The notes beneath the pieces were generated by a model that ran no database searches, was not told the DNA's origin, and saw nothing but the letters and a program-made list of their open reading frames with translations. Position numbers and translations under genes: made by a program. Source: Lama guanicoe (taxonomy: Eukaryota). Taken from it: a DNA stretch of 64,000 nucleotides. The stretch is from NCBI GenBank assembly GCA_013239625.1, contig MU053994.1, forward strand, positions 623,775 through 687,774. Direction: 5' to 3'. Position 1 is the stretch's first letter. Every line of letters begins with the position of its first letter. Shown here in pieces: positions 13,216-27,399 of this stretch.

Positions 13216-14556
13216 AAAGACCACTGACCAGCCTATGCTCAGCAGATTGTAGTTAGTAAAGCAGGAAAGGAGATTCACACATATTGGAGAAAGATTTTTC
13301 CACAGGGTTAAAATATAAAGAAAGGAATTTTAAAAAGAGAGAAAGAGAGAGGTTGGCGGGGGAAGGAGAGAGGGAAGTTTCCTAACAGACTATTATTTAT
13401 TTACAAAAGGCCATCCCTTTAGAATTCTGGTTAATTGAGGTTTTATTATGACAACCATTAATCAGTCCTCATATGGTTCAGATTACCACTCTTTGGAAAG
13501 AATGCTTCAGTGCTTCTTCCACACAAATACAAATTCTACATTGGCTCAGAAATCAGAAACTCAGTGCCATGTAGGATTCTGTCCCTCAGCCATACCTGGA
13601 GCCAATTCCATTTATAATTCTGCTCTCCTTGCAGAAACTTCATCTAATTCAACAGATTTGCAAAGAAATAGCCACTTCTTTTTTCCAAAGTTCAAAGAAG
13701 GGTCTTCCCGGCCTACAGAATCCCACCCTTTCATTCTGAAATGAAATGGTAAATAATATCATTTAGGTACCAACTCACTCTTAAGAAATATTCCATTATA
13801 TGTATTAGAATAACACCAGGAATTTAGATTTTAGAAGACAACCAGAGTGCTCCTTCCATCACCCTAAGTTTTTTCATTGTGAGGGTGGGGGATAGTGGGG
13901 GACATCTGAGACTCATGGAAGATGTAGCCAATTTGCTAAAACTACATATCTTTATTGATTGTGATACATGATCCAAATTGACAGATTTGCCGGCTCTGTG
14001 TTAAAGTTTTAGCTCAAAGACTTGGGTTTATTTTTAAGTTATTTGAAGACAGCTATGTATGCATTCTTAATATTTTGTCAGAAATTTTTGTTTTTTCCTC
14101 CTCATCATTACTCTAAATATAATTTTATGATTAGAAGTCACCATATTTAATAGTAAACTGCATCATCGATTTTATACTGAAAATCAATGGGAAAATCAGA
14201 CTCACTTTGCAGTAAAGATTTTTAACCTGGGTCCCTGGCCTCCTAGAGGATCAATGGAAGGGCTTTGAGGGGGTCCATGAGCTCCCTGGAACTGGATATG
14301 CTTTTTGGTACCTGAATATACTTTCTTAAGGAAGAAGTTGCTACCTTTTAGTAGATTTTATAAGGGTCTGTGATCCAAAAATTTATTAAGAACCATGGTT
14401 TCTGCAGCATTCTTTATTATGAAGCACATCAGAATATTTACTAAAGAAGTATGTAGTATCTCCCTGATATTTGACTCTTTTTAGTATGAGACAGTAGAAA
14501 CAAATATATTTAAAACAAGAATAAATGCTTATCTTTATTAGATTTTCCCCCTAGAT

Positions 14557-14749
14557 TATTGCTGTCCAGTGGAACTTTCTGCAATGATGGGCATGTTCTG
14601 TATCTGTGCTGTCCAATAGGGTAGCTACTAGCCACAAGTGATTATTAAACACCTGAAATATGGCTAGTGCAACTGCATTTTTAATTTCATTTAATTAATT
14701 TAAACTTAAATAGCCATGTGGCTAGTAGCTACCACACTATATAGCAAAG
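14557..14749. mobile_element. MER3-like hAT-Charlie MITE
   Basis: gctgtccagtggaactttctgcaatgatgg...tagccatgtggctagtagctacc; flanked by ccctagat / gtctagat, resembling the hAT NTCTAGAN target. Confidence 0.75.
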
Positions 14750-14762
14750 GTCTAGATTTAAC

Positions 14763-16660
14763 TTACAAAAAATACTAGAGCTGATAAAAGAATTCGGCAA
14801 GGTAGCAGTATACATGATTAACATACGGAAATCATTTGCAGTTCTTTACACAAACAATGAAATAGCAGGAAGAGAAAATAAAGAAACAACCCCTTTTAAA
14901 ACTGCATCCAAAACAATAAAATACTTAGGAATAAATCTGACCAAGGAGGTGAAAGACTTATACATGGAGAACTACAAAACATTAATTAAGGAAATTAAAG
15001 ATGACTTAAAGAAATGGAAAGACATCTCATGCTCTTGGATTAGAAGAATCAATATTGTTAAAAGGGACATATTGCCCAAGGCAATCTACAGAGTTAACGC
15101 GATCCCTATCAAATTACCCAGGACATTTTTCACAGAACTAGAGTAAATAATCCTAAAATTTATATGGAATCACAAAAGACCCAGAATTGCCATAGCAATA
15201 TTGAAGAAAAAGAATGAAGCTGGAGGAATAACCTTCCCAGACTTCAGACAATACTACAGAGCTATAGTAATCAAAACAGCATGGTATTGACCTAAAAACA
15301 GACATATGGATCAACGGAACAGAATAGAAGGCCCAGAAATAAACCCACAGACCTACGGTCAATTAATCTTCGACAAAGGAGGCAAGAAATATACAATGGA
15401 GAAAAGGCAGTCTCTTCAGCAAGTGGTGTTGGGAAAACTGGGTAGCAGCATGTAAATCAATGAAGTTAGAACACTCCTTCACACCATATACAAAAATAAA
15501 CTCAAAATGGCTTAAAGACTTAAATATAAGACAAGACACAATAAACCTCCTAGAAGAAAACATAGGCAAAATATTGTCTCATATACATCTCAGCAATGTT
15601 CTCCTAGGGCAGTCTACCCAGGCAATAGAAACAAGAGCAAAAATAAACAATTGGGATGGAATTAAACTTGTAAGCTTTTGGAGAGCAAAGGAAACCACAA
15701 ACAAAACAAAATGACAACCTACAGAATGGGAGAAAATATTTGCTAATGATCAGACTGATAAAGGTTTTATTTCCGGAATACATAAACAGCTCATACAACT
15801 TAATAAGAAAAAAACAAACAACCCAATCCAAAAATGGGCAGAAGACTTAAACAAGTAATTCTCCAAGGAAGAAATACAAATGGCCAACAGGCACATGAAA
15901 AAAATGCTCAGTATCACTAATTATCAGAGAAATGCAAATCAAAACCACAATGAGGTATCACCTCACACCAGTCAGAATGGCCATCATTCAGAAGTCCACA
16001 AATGATAAATGCTGGAGAGGGTGTGGACAAAAGGGAACCCTCCTACACTGTTGGTGGGAATGTAGTTTGGTGCAGCCATTATGGAAATCAGTATGGAGAT
16101 TCCTCAAAAGACTAAAAATACACTTACCATATGATCCAGCAATCCCACTCCTGGGCATAACACACATACATACATACAATGGAATACTACTCAACCATAA
16201 AAATAACAAATAATGACATTTGCAGCAACATGGATGGACCTAGAGATCATCATTCTAAGTGAAATAAGCCGGAAAAAGAAAGAAAAATACCATATGATAT
16301 CACTCATATGTGGAATCTAAAAAAAAAAGAAAAAAGAGGACACTAATGAACTCATCTACAAAACAGAAACAGACTAGCAGACATAGTAAACAATCTTATG
16401 GCTACTGGAGGTAAGGCGGTAGGTAGGGATAAATCTGGGAGTTTGAGATTTGCAAATGTTAGCCACTATATGCCAAAATAGATTTTAAAGTTTCTTCTAT
16501 ATAGCACAGGGAACTACATTCAATATCTTGTAATAACCTATAATGAAAAAGAATATGAAAACGAATACATGTGTGTATATGTATGACAGGGACATTGTGC
16601 AGTACACCAGAAATTGACACACTGTAACTGACTATACTTAAATAAAAATAAATAAATAAA
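14763..16660 (+). mobile_element. 5'-truncated young LINE-1 (ORF2 C-terminal part, 3' UTR, A-rich tail), non-functional
   Basis: ORF fragments [43 protein letters not shown] and [25 protein letters not shown] are L1 ORF2; stops and frameshifts; (AAAT)n tail. Confidence 0.95.
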
Positions 16661-16929
16661 TGACCTTGAGATAAAAAATATATACATTCTGTGGAGATAA
16701 ATCATGTCTCTAAATTGCTCAGTGAGAACTATGTCTAATTTGTCTTGTATATCTAGCATATGATTCCAAATTGGTAGTCAACAGATGTTGGAAGAAAAGA
16801 GAAAAATCTGCCTCATATTTCTTATGACATATAAATCATGTGTCATTATGCTCTTATGTCTGGAATGGTTTTATCCTACTCAGTACAGCTTCAGGATATA
16901 AATGTGAACTGTGACAATACTGAAGGGAT

Positions 16930-18460
16930 TTGGATGTTTAGAAAAAGGTATTTTGCACTATTGAAAGCCATAGGGTATTCATTTATGGGAACCAGATGAT
17001 TTAGTGCTAGCAAGTGATTTGCCAAAGGGGCTCCTCCGCAACTGTAGTAAAGTCAAAAGGACATCTGAATGGCTTCTGAACAAAAATCAAATCCAAGGCT
17101 CTGCCAGGAAAACATAGTCTAAAGATGATGCCAAGGATATGACCGTCAAATCCTTTGTTAAGTCAAGGCGGTACTTCAGAGTATTTGCAGTCATACAAAA
17201 GGCCCTTTAAGCAGAGTAAGGATATGTCTCAGAGATCCTCTCAAACAGCAGAGAAGAGTTTATGTCTATGATATTTATGGATGTGGCTTTTGTCTAGTGG
17301 AACAAACTCCAAGAAGATTCACAGGAGACCCACAAAGTTCTTAATGAGTTATATATCCAGAAATATTACCAACATGACTGAGGGGGACAGAGATATTACA
17401 CAATGAGGAGAGGCCTCTGAACTCCCAGAATTCTACTGTCAGGAAACAGGCCCACAGAGCTGCTTAGCTGTAAATAGATGATACCTTCCATGAAAAAGGA
17501 AAGGATGCTCAGAGGGTGGAATCAAGAGCCCAGAAAGTAGAGTAGAGAACCATAAAGAATTCTTTCCAGACTGTGAGGCTTGAACAAGGAACTACCAAAA
17601 TGTGTCCAGCTAGATTTCAGGATTTCTATGGAACAGTGACCCCTTTATGCCTCCCATTTAACCCCATTTTTAATAGGAACCCTATAGCAGTTATATTCTG
17701 CCTATTCAACCACTGCAGGTTGGGTATTTGGGGAACAGATAACTTATCCCTTTGGTTTTATAGGTCTACAGATAGAGAAGAACTGCATTCAAGCAGTTAG
17801 AGTTAAAGCACACCTAAGGACTCTCATCCACACCCAGACCTGATTTAGATGATGAGATTCTGGATTTTGAGCTGATGCTACTACAACAGGATGACTTTTA
17901 GGGACCTTGGGAGGGAATGAGTGTATTTCGCATGTGGGAAGAACATGGATCATTGGGTGCCTGAGGGTAGACTGTCATATGCAGCCTCTAAGATGGCCCC
18001 AAGTGATCCTTTTCTCCTGGAACTTATACCTTTGTGTAACTCCCTCTCTTTGAGTGTGGAATGGACTTACTGACTTTGCTTCTAATGAACAGAATATGGC
18101 AGAAGGGATGTCATATCTCTTCTGAGGTTAGTTATAAAAAGACTGTGGTTTCCATCTTGGACACTCTCTGTGTCTCTTGGATTACTCATCCTGGGACATG
18201 CTGGCTGCCAAGTCATGATGGAGTCCTACAGAGAGGTCCATGTGGTAAGGAACCAAAGCCTGCCAATAATAATGTGAGTAAGGCTGGAAAAAGATCTCCG
18301 CCCCACTCATCCCACCACCCACACACACGTCGAGCCTTCAGATGAAACCTCAGGCCAAGCCAACTTGATTGCAACCTCATAATCAAGTTGAGCCAGCTAA
18401 GCCATGACCAGATCCTAACCCACAAAAATTCTGAGAGAAGCATTATTTGTTTTAAAAACA
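16930..18460 (+). mobile_element. MaLR element: MLT1-type internal fragment plus 3' LTR (LTR ~17973-18460)
   Basis: cctgatttagatgatgagattctggattttgag...gtgtatttcgcatgtggga is an MLT1-int end; LTR starts tgtcatatgcagcctctaagatggcccc and contains ttgagtgtgg..tggacttactgac. Confidence 0.65.
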
Positions 18461-20024
18461 AAAAAGGGGGTGTGGATGGGAGTACAGTCTTGTAGGATTT
18501 GTGCTCCAGAGCACCTTGTGGTGCTAGATATTATCCAAAACTATATCCTTGCTTGGGTCCTTTTTTGTTCCCCCCTTTCACTTGTAGGTTTTCCCTGAGA
18601 ACAGTCCCCCTATGAGTCACAGGGTCTGCTTCCAGGGAACCAAAGAGAGCCATTGAATTTTCCTAAAATTCAAACACCCCAATTGGCCATGCCTTATAGA
18701 GTTATCATAAAGTTTAAATGACATATGTATATGGTTCTAAAATACTACATTAAAATATTACTACTATCCTTGGCTTATTTTACAAATGTCTCATTTGATG
18801 GTCCACAATCACATTTTCTATCTAATTTAGTATGTGCATATTTTAGGCTTCTGATAAAAATCTTAAAATAAGACAAACTTATATGTGGACTGATAAGTTT
18901 TTCAAGAACTTTTTAAAGCATTAAGCATAGTCAGGAATCTTAGTGCCACCAAAGTTTTCTGTGCGTATTTTTCAATTCCTCTGTCTCAACCATCTTGTAT
19001 GATTTACGATTTAGAAATATATAGAGATATATTCAATTTAATAACTACCAGGAAAAGCCACATTCTCAGTCCTCTCTAGTAAAATATACTGTTGTCAAGT
19101 TTAGTCTATGAATTCAAATGATCATGTGATAAAATCTGCTTTAGGAAAAAACGACGTTCAGTCTCAAGATATAACCATCATGTATCCTTTGAGGCAGGAA
19201 AACCCATGTGATTCTCTATACACCTTCATGTTTTAAAGATATTTACAAAATGGGAGCCTACAGAAAGTTATTTTAATTCTGCAAAATATTACTCTTGAGT
19301 CTCTCACATTCTGTGGCTCTTGCTAACACATACAAGCATTCAAACATTTTGGGGGACCCCGAAGAAGGGTGGACAGAGGGTAGAGTCCACCTTCTCTCCT
19401 CTGTGGGTAAATCTGCAAGGGCTTCTTGGCTAGAAAGTCCTAACATGTGGAGGACCATTGAGGAAGCCCAGGTGTCTCACATGCCCGACTGGCAGGCAAG
19501 ACCTGCTCTGTTATGTCTTGCTAAGTTTCGAGGCAGAGGAGAGAGGTCCAAGAGTTGTGTATAAATGTGTGTTTGAAGGAGTGGAGCAGAGAAGACAATT
19601 TAGCTTTTCGAGACCATCAGCTTCAACTCCAAGACGTAGGAGCAAGTACACAGAGGGCCAGACACCGTGAAGGAGACACTGCTCCTTGGAAGCTTTATAC
19701 CTCTGAATCAGTGGCAGACTAACAGATAAAAGTCCAAGGGTAAGAAAAGAGGGTGGGACAAGTACACAGAGACGATGCCTCTTCCAAGAGGAGCAAGAGG
19801 ATCCAGAAAGATCAACCTAGATAAACTTTTTGCTAATCGTGGGGAATAGACTGAAGGCAAGGTTTATTACCAGTGTTTTCCTTGGAGGAGAATGTTCACC
19901 AAAATGTTCAGATGGGACGAGTTTACAGTACATTTGAGACACGCACGTCACCATAGCCCCTCTTTCCTCCTCCGTCACCATCCCAAGCCCCTCCACGTGT
20001 ACCAGTGATCAGCTGGAGTAGTGT

Positions 20025-20365
20025 ATTTCACACTTCTGACCCAATGTCATGGGTCATAACTAGTAGTTTTGTAGTGAAATAGAATAGCATCGAAAATGTC
20101 AGGGTTCATCGCACATATTAAAGACAAATACTACTTTGTACAACTTTTGTTTAATTACTTAGGCGTATATGTTGGAGGGTGTCCCTAGTTTGCATGAGAC
20201 AGCCCCATTTTGTGTCTGTTGTCCCAGCATTAACATCACTAGCACTTCCTTTCACACTCAAAAGTGTTCTGATTGGACAACAAATAATGTATTCACCCTA
20301 ATAATAGACCACAGTAGAATATATTTCTTCCTATAGGTCTTAGGCAAAATAATTGGAAAAACAGA
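20025..20365. mobile_element. hAT-Charlie (Charlie4-like) MITE with a nested hAT-Blackjack MITE (MER81/MER94-like, ~20176-20300)
   Basis: Host shares caacttttgttt...atatttcttc(c/a)ct with 22950-23342 and 29275-29490; the insert is bounded by agggtg...tcacccta inverted ends. Confidence 0.55.
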
Positions 20366-20579
20366 TTTAGAATATTCTGAAAACCCATAGATAATAGCCT
20401 TGTCTAGTTAACTCCTTGTTTCCTCTCTCCAAATGAAGATATCTGTCTGAGGAAGGCTTCTGAGGGCAGTGATGGAAGCCTTTGCTTTCCCCTGATTAAT
20501 TCAGGACATGGATGTTCTAACCCACGAAACGCCAAGCAGGTACCGAGCTTCCTCAATCGCCCATGGCCATCCTCTCTGG

Positions 20580-20740
20580 TAGGATGCAGTTGAAAGAGTC
20601 CTGGGATTAAGTTCTAACTCCTCCATTAACTGTATGGCCTTGACTTGGAAAGCCACTTTTCTTTCCTGAGCCTCAGTTTGTTCATCTGTAAAAGGGAGTG
20701 AAAGTAGTGGGGAGAAGAGTGTAGAACATGTTTTCAAATT
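20580..20740. mobile_element. MIR-type ancient SINE
   Basis: ctgagcctcagtttgttcatctgtaaaaggga core. Confidence 0.6.
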
Positions 20741-22949
20741 ATGTTCTCTCTGAATATTCCTACAGCCAACCTCTAGCAGTCAGGCAAATCAACACGCCCT
20801 CCTTCTCCTCCAGCTGGTAATACACAACGAGCATGGTGAATGACTCTAACCTTCACCAGATTCGCTCATTTCCATTGCCTCTTTAAGTCCCAGTGCAATC
20901 CCATGAGGTAGGTATCATTTAGGAACTAGAACGTATAGGTGGGGAGGGCAGCGACCCTTTGCTACTTTGTTCATGACGCTCCTCTCAGCTCAGAGAACGA
21001 GGTGAATGTCAAGCGCAAGGCAAACAAGGATTGAACACTTCTGACTATAAATCCTGTACAATTTCACGACTACTTGTTTCTGTCTGCGTGCCTTTGCACA
21101 ACCCACCTGAAAAGCCCTTCCCCTCCTCTTAGCCCCTTTCTTGATTTAAAAGCTATTTCAAAGCCTAGCTTCTCTAGTATGTCTTTTCTAATCTTCTCTT
21201 TAAAGTCTACTCACACTGATAGGCTCTGTTCACATTTTTGAATTAGCACCAATCTTACATTGCTTTGGATTTTTCAGAAGTCGTTTCAGATGTGTGTAGG
21301 TTCTGTCTTCGCAGCCAGACAGCAAACTTCTCAGGGAATACGGCTGGATTCTGTTTCCTCTTCCTGCCGCTGTGAAACTAACAGAGTGCCCCATCCACTG
21401 AGAATTCCTCAAAAGGGTTTTTCCCCTTGAGACTTTAGTCTACACACTCCTGACCCGCTGGAGCTGTTCCACCAGCGTCAAAACGAGACACCATCTCCCT
21501 TCGTGAAGGCTGTACTTACAGAAACAGATACTGTATTTAAGATTCAAAAAAGCTGCCCAAATAAAGCTGCAACTGGCACATTGTTCTTGGCAGTAAACCA
21601 GTTGGTGTAATTTACAAAATTCTGGCACATCGTAGCAAAACTGAGAAGAACAGGATTGAGGAGAGAGAGATACTAAGAATATAAAATAAAATTGCAGCAG
21701 TGTGTACTGAGGAGAGTAGGCAGCAAGCCTTTAACGGCACAGCTGTAGAATGATAAAATGCAGATTACAGGGAGAGACAGGCAGACACAGAGAGGGCAGG
21801 GAGGAAGGAAGAGAGAAAGAGATGTGAGGGAAGATACTTCCAGAAAACTGCTCTTAAATGAACATCATGGGGTTGTCTGTCAGTGACAGGCTGCAGCCTG
21901 CTCAGCTGAAACTTGAGGCTTCGTCCTTCTGGCACTTTCTCTGGTTCCCTGACAGAGGATGGAACACCAGCACCCAAGGATGAAAGCCTGAACGTTACTT
22001 AAAGCCTTTCATGCCTGCTTTATGTAGCCAGCTGTGCTGTGATAGGACGGAGAACGGTTTCTTTTCCAGGTAGTTTCTCTCTTGGCTTTTGAAAGCATGC
22101 ATTTTCCATCCAGTGCCCTTGAACTGACAGTCACACACTGGCTGCTGTCAGGGTTTATTACCGTCACTGGGAGACTCATGCTTGGGGCGGGGGGGGGGGT
22201 GAAGAAAGAAGGTGCAACTGAACTAATAGCAGTTCTGGATTTCCAAAGGATAATCTGCAGGCCCTGCATAATTAATGCCTGTTGGGAGCAGCTAAACCAC
22301 AATACGCAATGCCTGGTGCTACCCCCCTTTCTAGGTGTGAGGGCCGTCTACTGTGTTCTTCTGACGGATCCAGGACCCCTCCTTTTGGAGAGCTGCACCA
22401 GTCCCCCATGCCAGCCACGTGCTTCTAGTACAGATGACTTTATCCCATCCTCTGACCACGGGGATAATCACATGAATCAAGCTGGGATAATCAGATCCTT
22501 CAGAGGATTTTTCTTTGGTGGCAAAATATGGTAAAAGAAAGATATGAGTCCTGCAATTGCCAATGACAAAGGTTAAATCTCATAGAGAATGTTAATCCGA
22601 GAATGAAATCATCACATAAAAGCAGAGACAAGACAGAGATAAAGGGAAAGAAAGAGAGCTCTCACAGTATTTAAGCCCTTGGTTCCAGTATTCCTCGGGC
22701 TCACCAGCACACCCCTGCCCTTCCATGAAACAAAAGCTCCCTTTTGCCAAAGCTGGTTCGAAATGGGTTTCTGTCACTTGCCATCAACAGTTCTGTCTTA
22801 AAACCGTAGGCCATCAATTCACATTTAAGAACTGAATGAGCAAAGGATGCGGCACGCGACATCTGGTTCGGGATAAGAAATCAGTCTTAGAATATCACCT
22901 CCATTTCCTTATTTTAAAACAATACCCTAGCTCAGATTTAAAGCACACT

Positions 22950-23342
22950 AAGGTGCTGTTCAACAAATGTAATGGGATCAGCTTTATTTGTAATAAAATA
23001 GTTGATTAGAATATGAAAAAAGTAAATACTTATAACACACTGTATATAGTAAAGGTTTATGTAACTTTTGTTTCAGTAATATAAATATGTATATTATATA
23101 CATAATATTTCATTGATTCTAAAGAGCACTTTTTCACACATTCTAATCTCTCTGAAGTCACAATGACCTTTATAATTGATGGAATGGCATAATTTAATTG
23201 GCATCAATGCCCCTGACAACTAGTGGCGTCTTAGATTTGAGGACATACTGTGTGTTTGTCTGTGGCGTGTTTGTTTTCTCGACTGTGATGGAAAATGTGT
23301 TTCTTACTGCAGGTAGCGATTGAAAGAATTTGAAAATAACTG
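22950..23342. mobile_element. hAT-Charlie (Charlie4-like) MITE with a nested TcMar-Tc2 MER104-like element (~23101-23250)
   Basis: Insert has tatttcattgattctaa...ttagatttgaggacatac terminal inverted repeats and sits in a TA-rich stretch of the host. Confidence 0.55.
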
Positions 23343-25934
23343 TATTACAAGACTAGGGATCTAGGGATCCCAAATTGATAAACAAAGTAATCTTTGCTAT
23401 ACATAGCAACTAAGGCATTTATCCACTCTCACATTTACATAATGCCTCAACACAACCAACTCTATGAAGGGCTCCCCAAATGGCTTCCTTCTCATTGTGG
23501 AAACCCCCAGTCTTCACGGAGGAAACTTCAGATACAGAGCAAGCAAGCAGGGGTAATAAACTGGGTCAGTGGGCTTCCAGTGTTACTCAGCAAGCACCCC
23601 CATGCAGCCCCTTGTCCACAGCAAGGCCCAGAGAGGCACAGGGTGCCTGGGAACCGTGCTAGGATTTCAAGACACCGGTGACACAGGAGCCCAAGTGCCT
23701 CTCACCTACAGCTGGCAGTGTCCCAAAAGTGCATTTGTAAATCAGTTGCTTGTAACTTGAACTTAGCTTTCCCTTGGAAACCATATTATAAATGGTGATC
23801 AGATCCCCTGGAGAGTCCACAAGAGCCCTTTTGGTCAGTCCAGGAGATCTGACCACCATTTCTGTGGTCATAATGTAGTCGAACTCTAGAAGTGCCTGGG
23901 GGTGACTCAGTACCTACAAAAAGGAAGGATACTGTCTTCTCTCCAGCGCCTGTTACCTCCTGCATCCACTGCTCCCCACCCCCACCCTGGGACACCGCAT
24001 CCAGGCTCTTTCCAGTCCCAGTACAACCATCCTGCTTGGTTAGCAGTCTTTATCTGCTGGCCTAGAGTCTAACAAAGAGACTAAAATGGGTGTGGGTATT
24101 TACATGCGGGTTCTGGCTTCTCTTACTGAGAATCCTCTGATCCAAAGACTGAAAGCTCAGGAATTCCAGATGCAAACACAAATTGCCATTTTTATGTCTT
24201 GGCTGCTCTCAAGGATGCTGCAGCTTGTCAATACAGGAGCCTGCAGGGATGTTGGCCCCTTCCCAGCCCCTTGCTGGAGGAGGGCCTGCAGTGACAAGCT
24301 CCCTTTGTTTTCCCTCCAGCACCTCAAGTCATCAGTAAGCCCCAGGGGCAAGGCAAGACTGTAGGGAGGGGAGTGGTGGAGCTGGTCAAGTCACTGTTTG
24401 CAGGGATGAGGCTAATTCTCAGAAATCACAGGCCAGTGAAGAAGGAGGTACCTTAAGGGAACTGTGCCAAGCCAAGTCATTCTGAGCAATTTTCCAGTAC
24501 TGTGATGAGCAGATACAAATCCAGGGCAAGAAGGAAACAGCCGAATAAAAGGTAAATGAAGTTGCAGTGGTTCCTCCAAGCTTTCATCACGCAAAAGCCG
24601 CGCTGAGCTGCACCACCTTATTCGGCCTTACTGGCCAAAACAGACACCAGTGAGTCCCAACGCAGGTGTCTGCGGCTTATAAGGGGGACCCAGGACCTAC
24701 TATTTACTGAACAGACACTACTCCAGGCACTACCCTGGGCGATTTACATAAAGGATTTCATTTAATCGCCTATTCACACAAAGGCTACCCAAAAAGAAGG
24801 ACAAATGCAAACACACCATTTTGCATCCCTTACAAAAGCTGTACTTGTTTTGTTGGTATTGGGCTTCGAAAAGTTTTCTAGATGTACAGTAGTCTTGTCA
24901 TATTCAAAGTCTACGCAGCAAAATCAAAGCAGCTGTGGATGTTTTTCGTCATTCAGGATGCATGGGGAGAGGAAGACATGAGCATTTTTAAAGTATGGAT
25001 GCTGAAGAACCACCACTCTTCAATGAAATGCCAAGCATGGAGCTGCAACTGAAAAATCAAGGCAAGCAGAAAATGGGGGAGTATCCTGGGCAGTCTTTTC
25101 CTCTCCTCCCGCAGTGAACACACGCAACAATTCTCAAACGCTAGCAAATGGCAACTCTTTGTTTTATTGGGACATCTTGAACAAGTGATGGGGTAGCCGT
25201 CTCCACTGAGAATGTTCTAGCTTGTGAATCTGAGGAGGGGGGTTCGAGGAGGTGCGAGTGCCCATCAACTCATCAAATTACCAGACTGCTCTAGTCTAAT
25301 TCCATGAAATACATTCAAAAGTAAAACTATAGTTTGGAAAGGGCAGCAATTTCAAAGTCAAGCAATTCGGACTCAATTTCAGGCAGTGTGAGAGCCACTG
25401 TAGCCTGACCGTTTGCAATGCTTTGAACTTAAGTGTGTTGTGATTTTTTTTCACACAAAAAAAATCAGCTAAAAATTCTGTATAAATTAATTTTTTTTTG
25501 AAATCCACTTTGAGTTTTCCAGAAAGTAACAAATACTTAAAGACCAAAACCACTGCAAAAGTGGGAACCTGGTCAGGAGAGCAGTTACTGATGCTCACCC
25601 ATCTTTCTGAGAACTGCTGCCAAAACTGAGTTCTGATAGCCATGGACCAGTGGAGACTCAGGTGCAGAAGACAAACCCCAGGGACCACTCAAGATCGGCA
25701 ATTTCAAAGGAGACCTCTCACCTCCCAGCACCACCCACTACATAAAGCTGATATACCAAAGGTCTATACACGCAGTATAAGAGTAAACTAGAAATAAATC
25801 CCGGGTACCTGGGCTACAAAGAAAAGTTCTTGTCTTGCACGCTGGCCCTGAGCGGAAGGTGAAAAAACTCTCCCATGAGAATTCATAACCACATTATTAT
25901 TGCTATTCTATTATTACTAAAATCTCAATAATAA

Positions 25935-26740
25935 TCATGAAAACCACAGTGGTACCATTGCACACCAAACCAAGTTGGCAAAAATTTGAAAATCTAACAA
26001 GATCAGTGCTGATAAAGATGCTGAGTAGTAAAAGAAACACACACTGGTGGTAGAATGTAAATGGGTACAATCTCTTTAGCAAATAATTTGGTTTCACTGA
26101 AGAAAGTCAAAGTTATATATGTAGTATGGTGCAGCAACTCCATCCCTAAGGATTTATTCTAGAGAAATTTCTGTACCTCGTTCCAGGGAAATGAACAAGG
26201 ATCTACCCAACAGCCCCGTGTCTTAGAACATAAAACCAGCAATGACCCAAACGCACATCAAGAGCAGCATGAATAAACTCTGGCGTATCTATACAATGGG
26301 GTTCTGTATAATAATGTGACTAAACAAACCACAACTGCACGCAACAATGTGAACAAATCTCAAGAATCTAACATGCAGTGAAAAAAGCAAGCTGCAGAAG
26401 AACACATTCAGTGAGTCCATTTATACAAAGATCAAAAGCATGCAAATGTAAATAATAGATTTTAGAGATATAAACATATTCTAGTAATACTATAAAGAAA
26501 ATCAGAGGAATGATAAACCCAAAGTTAGGACACTGCTTACTTCTGAGGAGCGAGAAGGGCTAGAATCCAGGAGGGCATAACACTAACTTCAAGGTAATAT
26601 GTTCTTTTTTGGTAATGTTCTTTTTATTAAACTAGCTGGTAAGTACAGAGATACTTGGCTTTTTTTTTAATTACTTTATCCATATTATATAAATATTCTT
26701 TTGTTCTACTCAATGTTTAATTAAAAAATGTTTTAAACCA
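25935..26740 (+). mobile_element. Old L1ME-like 3' fragment
   Basis: ttggcaaaaattt..actggtggtagaatgtaaatgggtacaa..cagcaactccatccctaagg..tgaaaaaagcaagctgcagaagaa. Confidence 0.65.
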
Positions 26741-27399
26741 CAGCAATTTCAATGCCTTTGATGCAAAAAGTCTGTTTGTTACATTTGTTTCTCATTTGTT
26801 TGCAATTATAAGAATTTGTTTATCCTTGAAGGTCTTAAGAATGACCATTCCTCAACTAAAAGGCATGCTTTGCCAGTAAAATTAGAGAGTCTTAGATCTG
26901 GAAATGCTCTCGGAGGATAATCTGATGCAGACAGCAGCCTCAAGACTGAGTGTCCCAGTGAAAACTCACAAGTTCAGAGACAAAGACATCCCAGCCTAGT
27001 CTCGGTGGGCTTTCAACTTCTATCTCTAGGATGGTCTAAAGTTCTTACTTAAAGTCCACTCAGTTTTTCTTGCTCTACTGTGTATGCCAACATCCTACCA
27101 TTGCCACGATCCATGCTCAGGAGCAGCTGTGTGGGTCAGATAAACCTAGAAAAGGGGTGATGACAGTATAGCAAAGTGGACAGAAAATGCCTCTTGGGGC
27201 TCAGGCAACAAAACTGACTCACATGGAGGCAGGGCCTCATCCATGAAGTCACCCAAGTAGACCAGGGAACTTCCCATCTCTGCGGTGGAAAGTCGGGGAT
27301 CTGAATCTAGACTGACCAGGGGCGGGGGACCGGGAAGCATGGATCACCACGGTCAGATGAGAAGGGGTCTGACGTCTGGGAAAGAACAAAAGGAAAGAA

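Noticed and set aside
14814..16213. Reverse-transcriptase-related ORFs as an active or novel retroelement system
   Set aside because: Ordinary 5'-truncated L1 with stops and frameshifts; no ORF1, endonuclease or promoter
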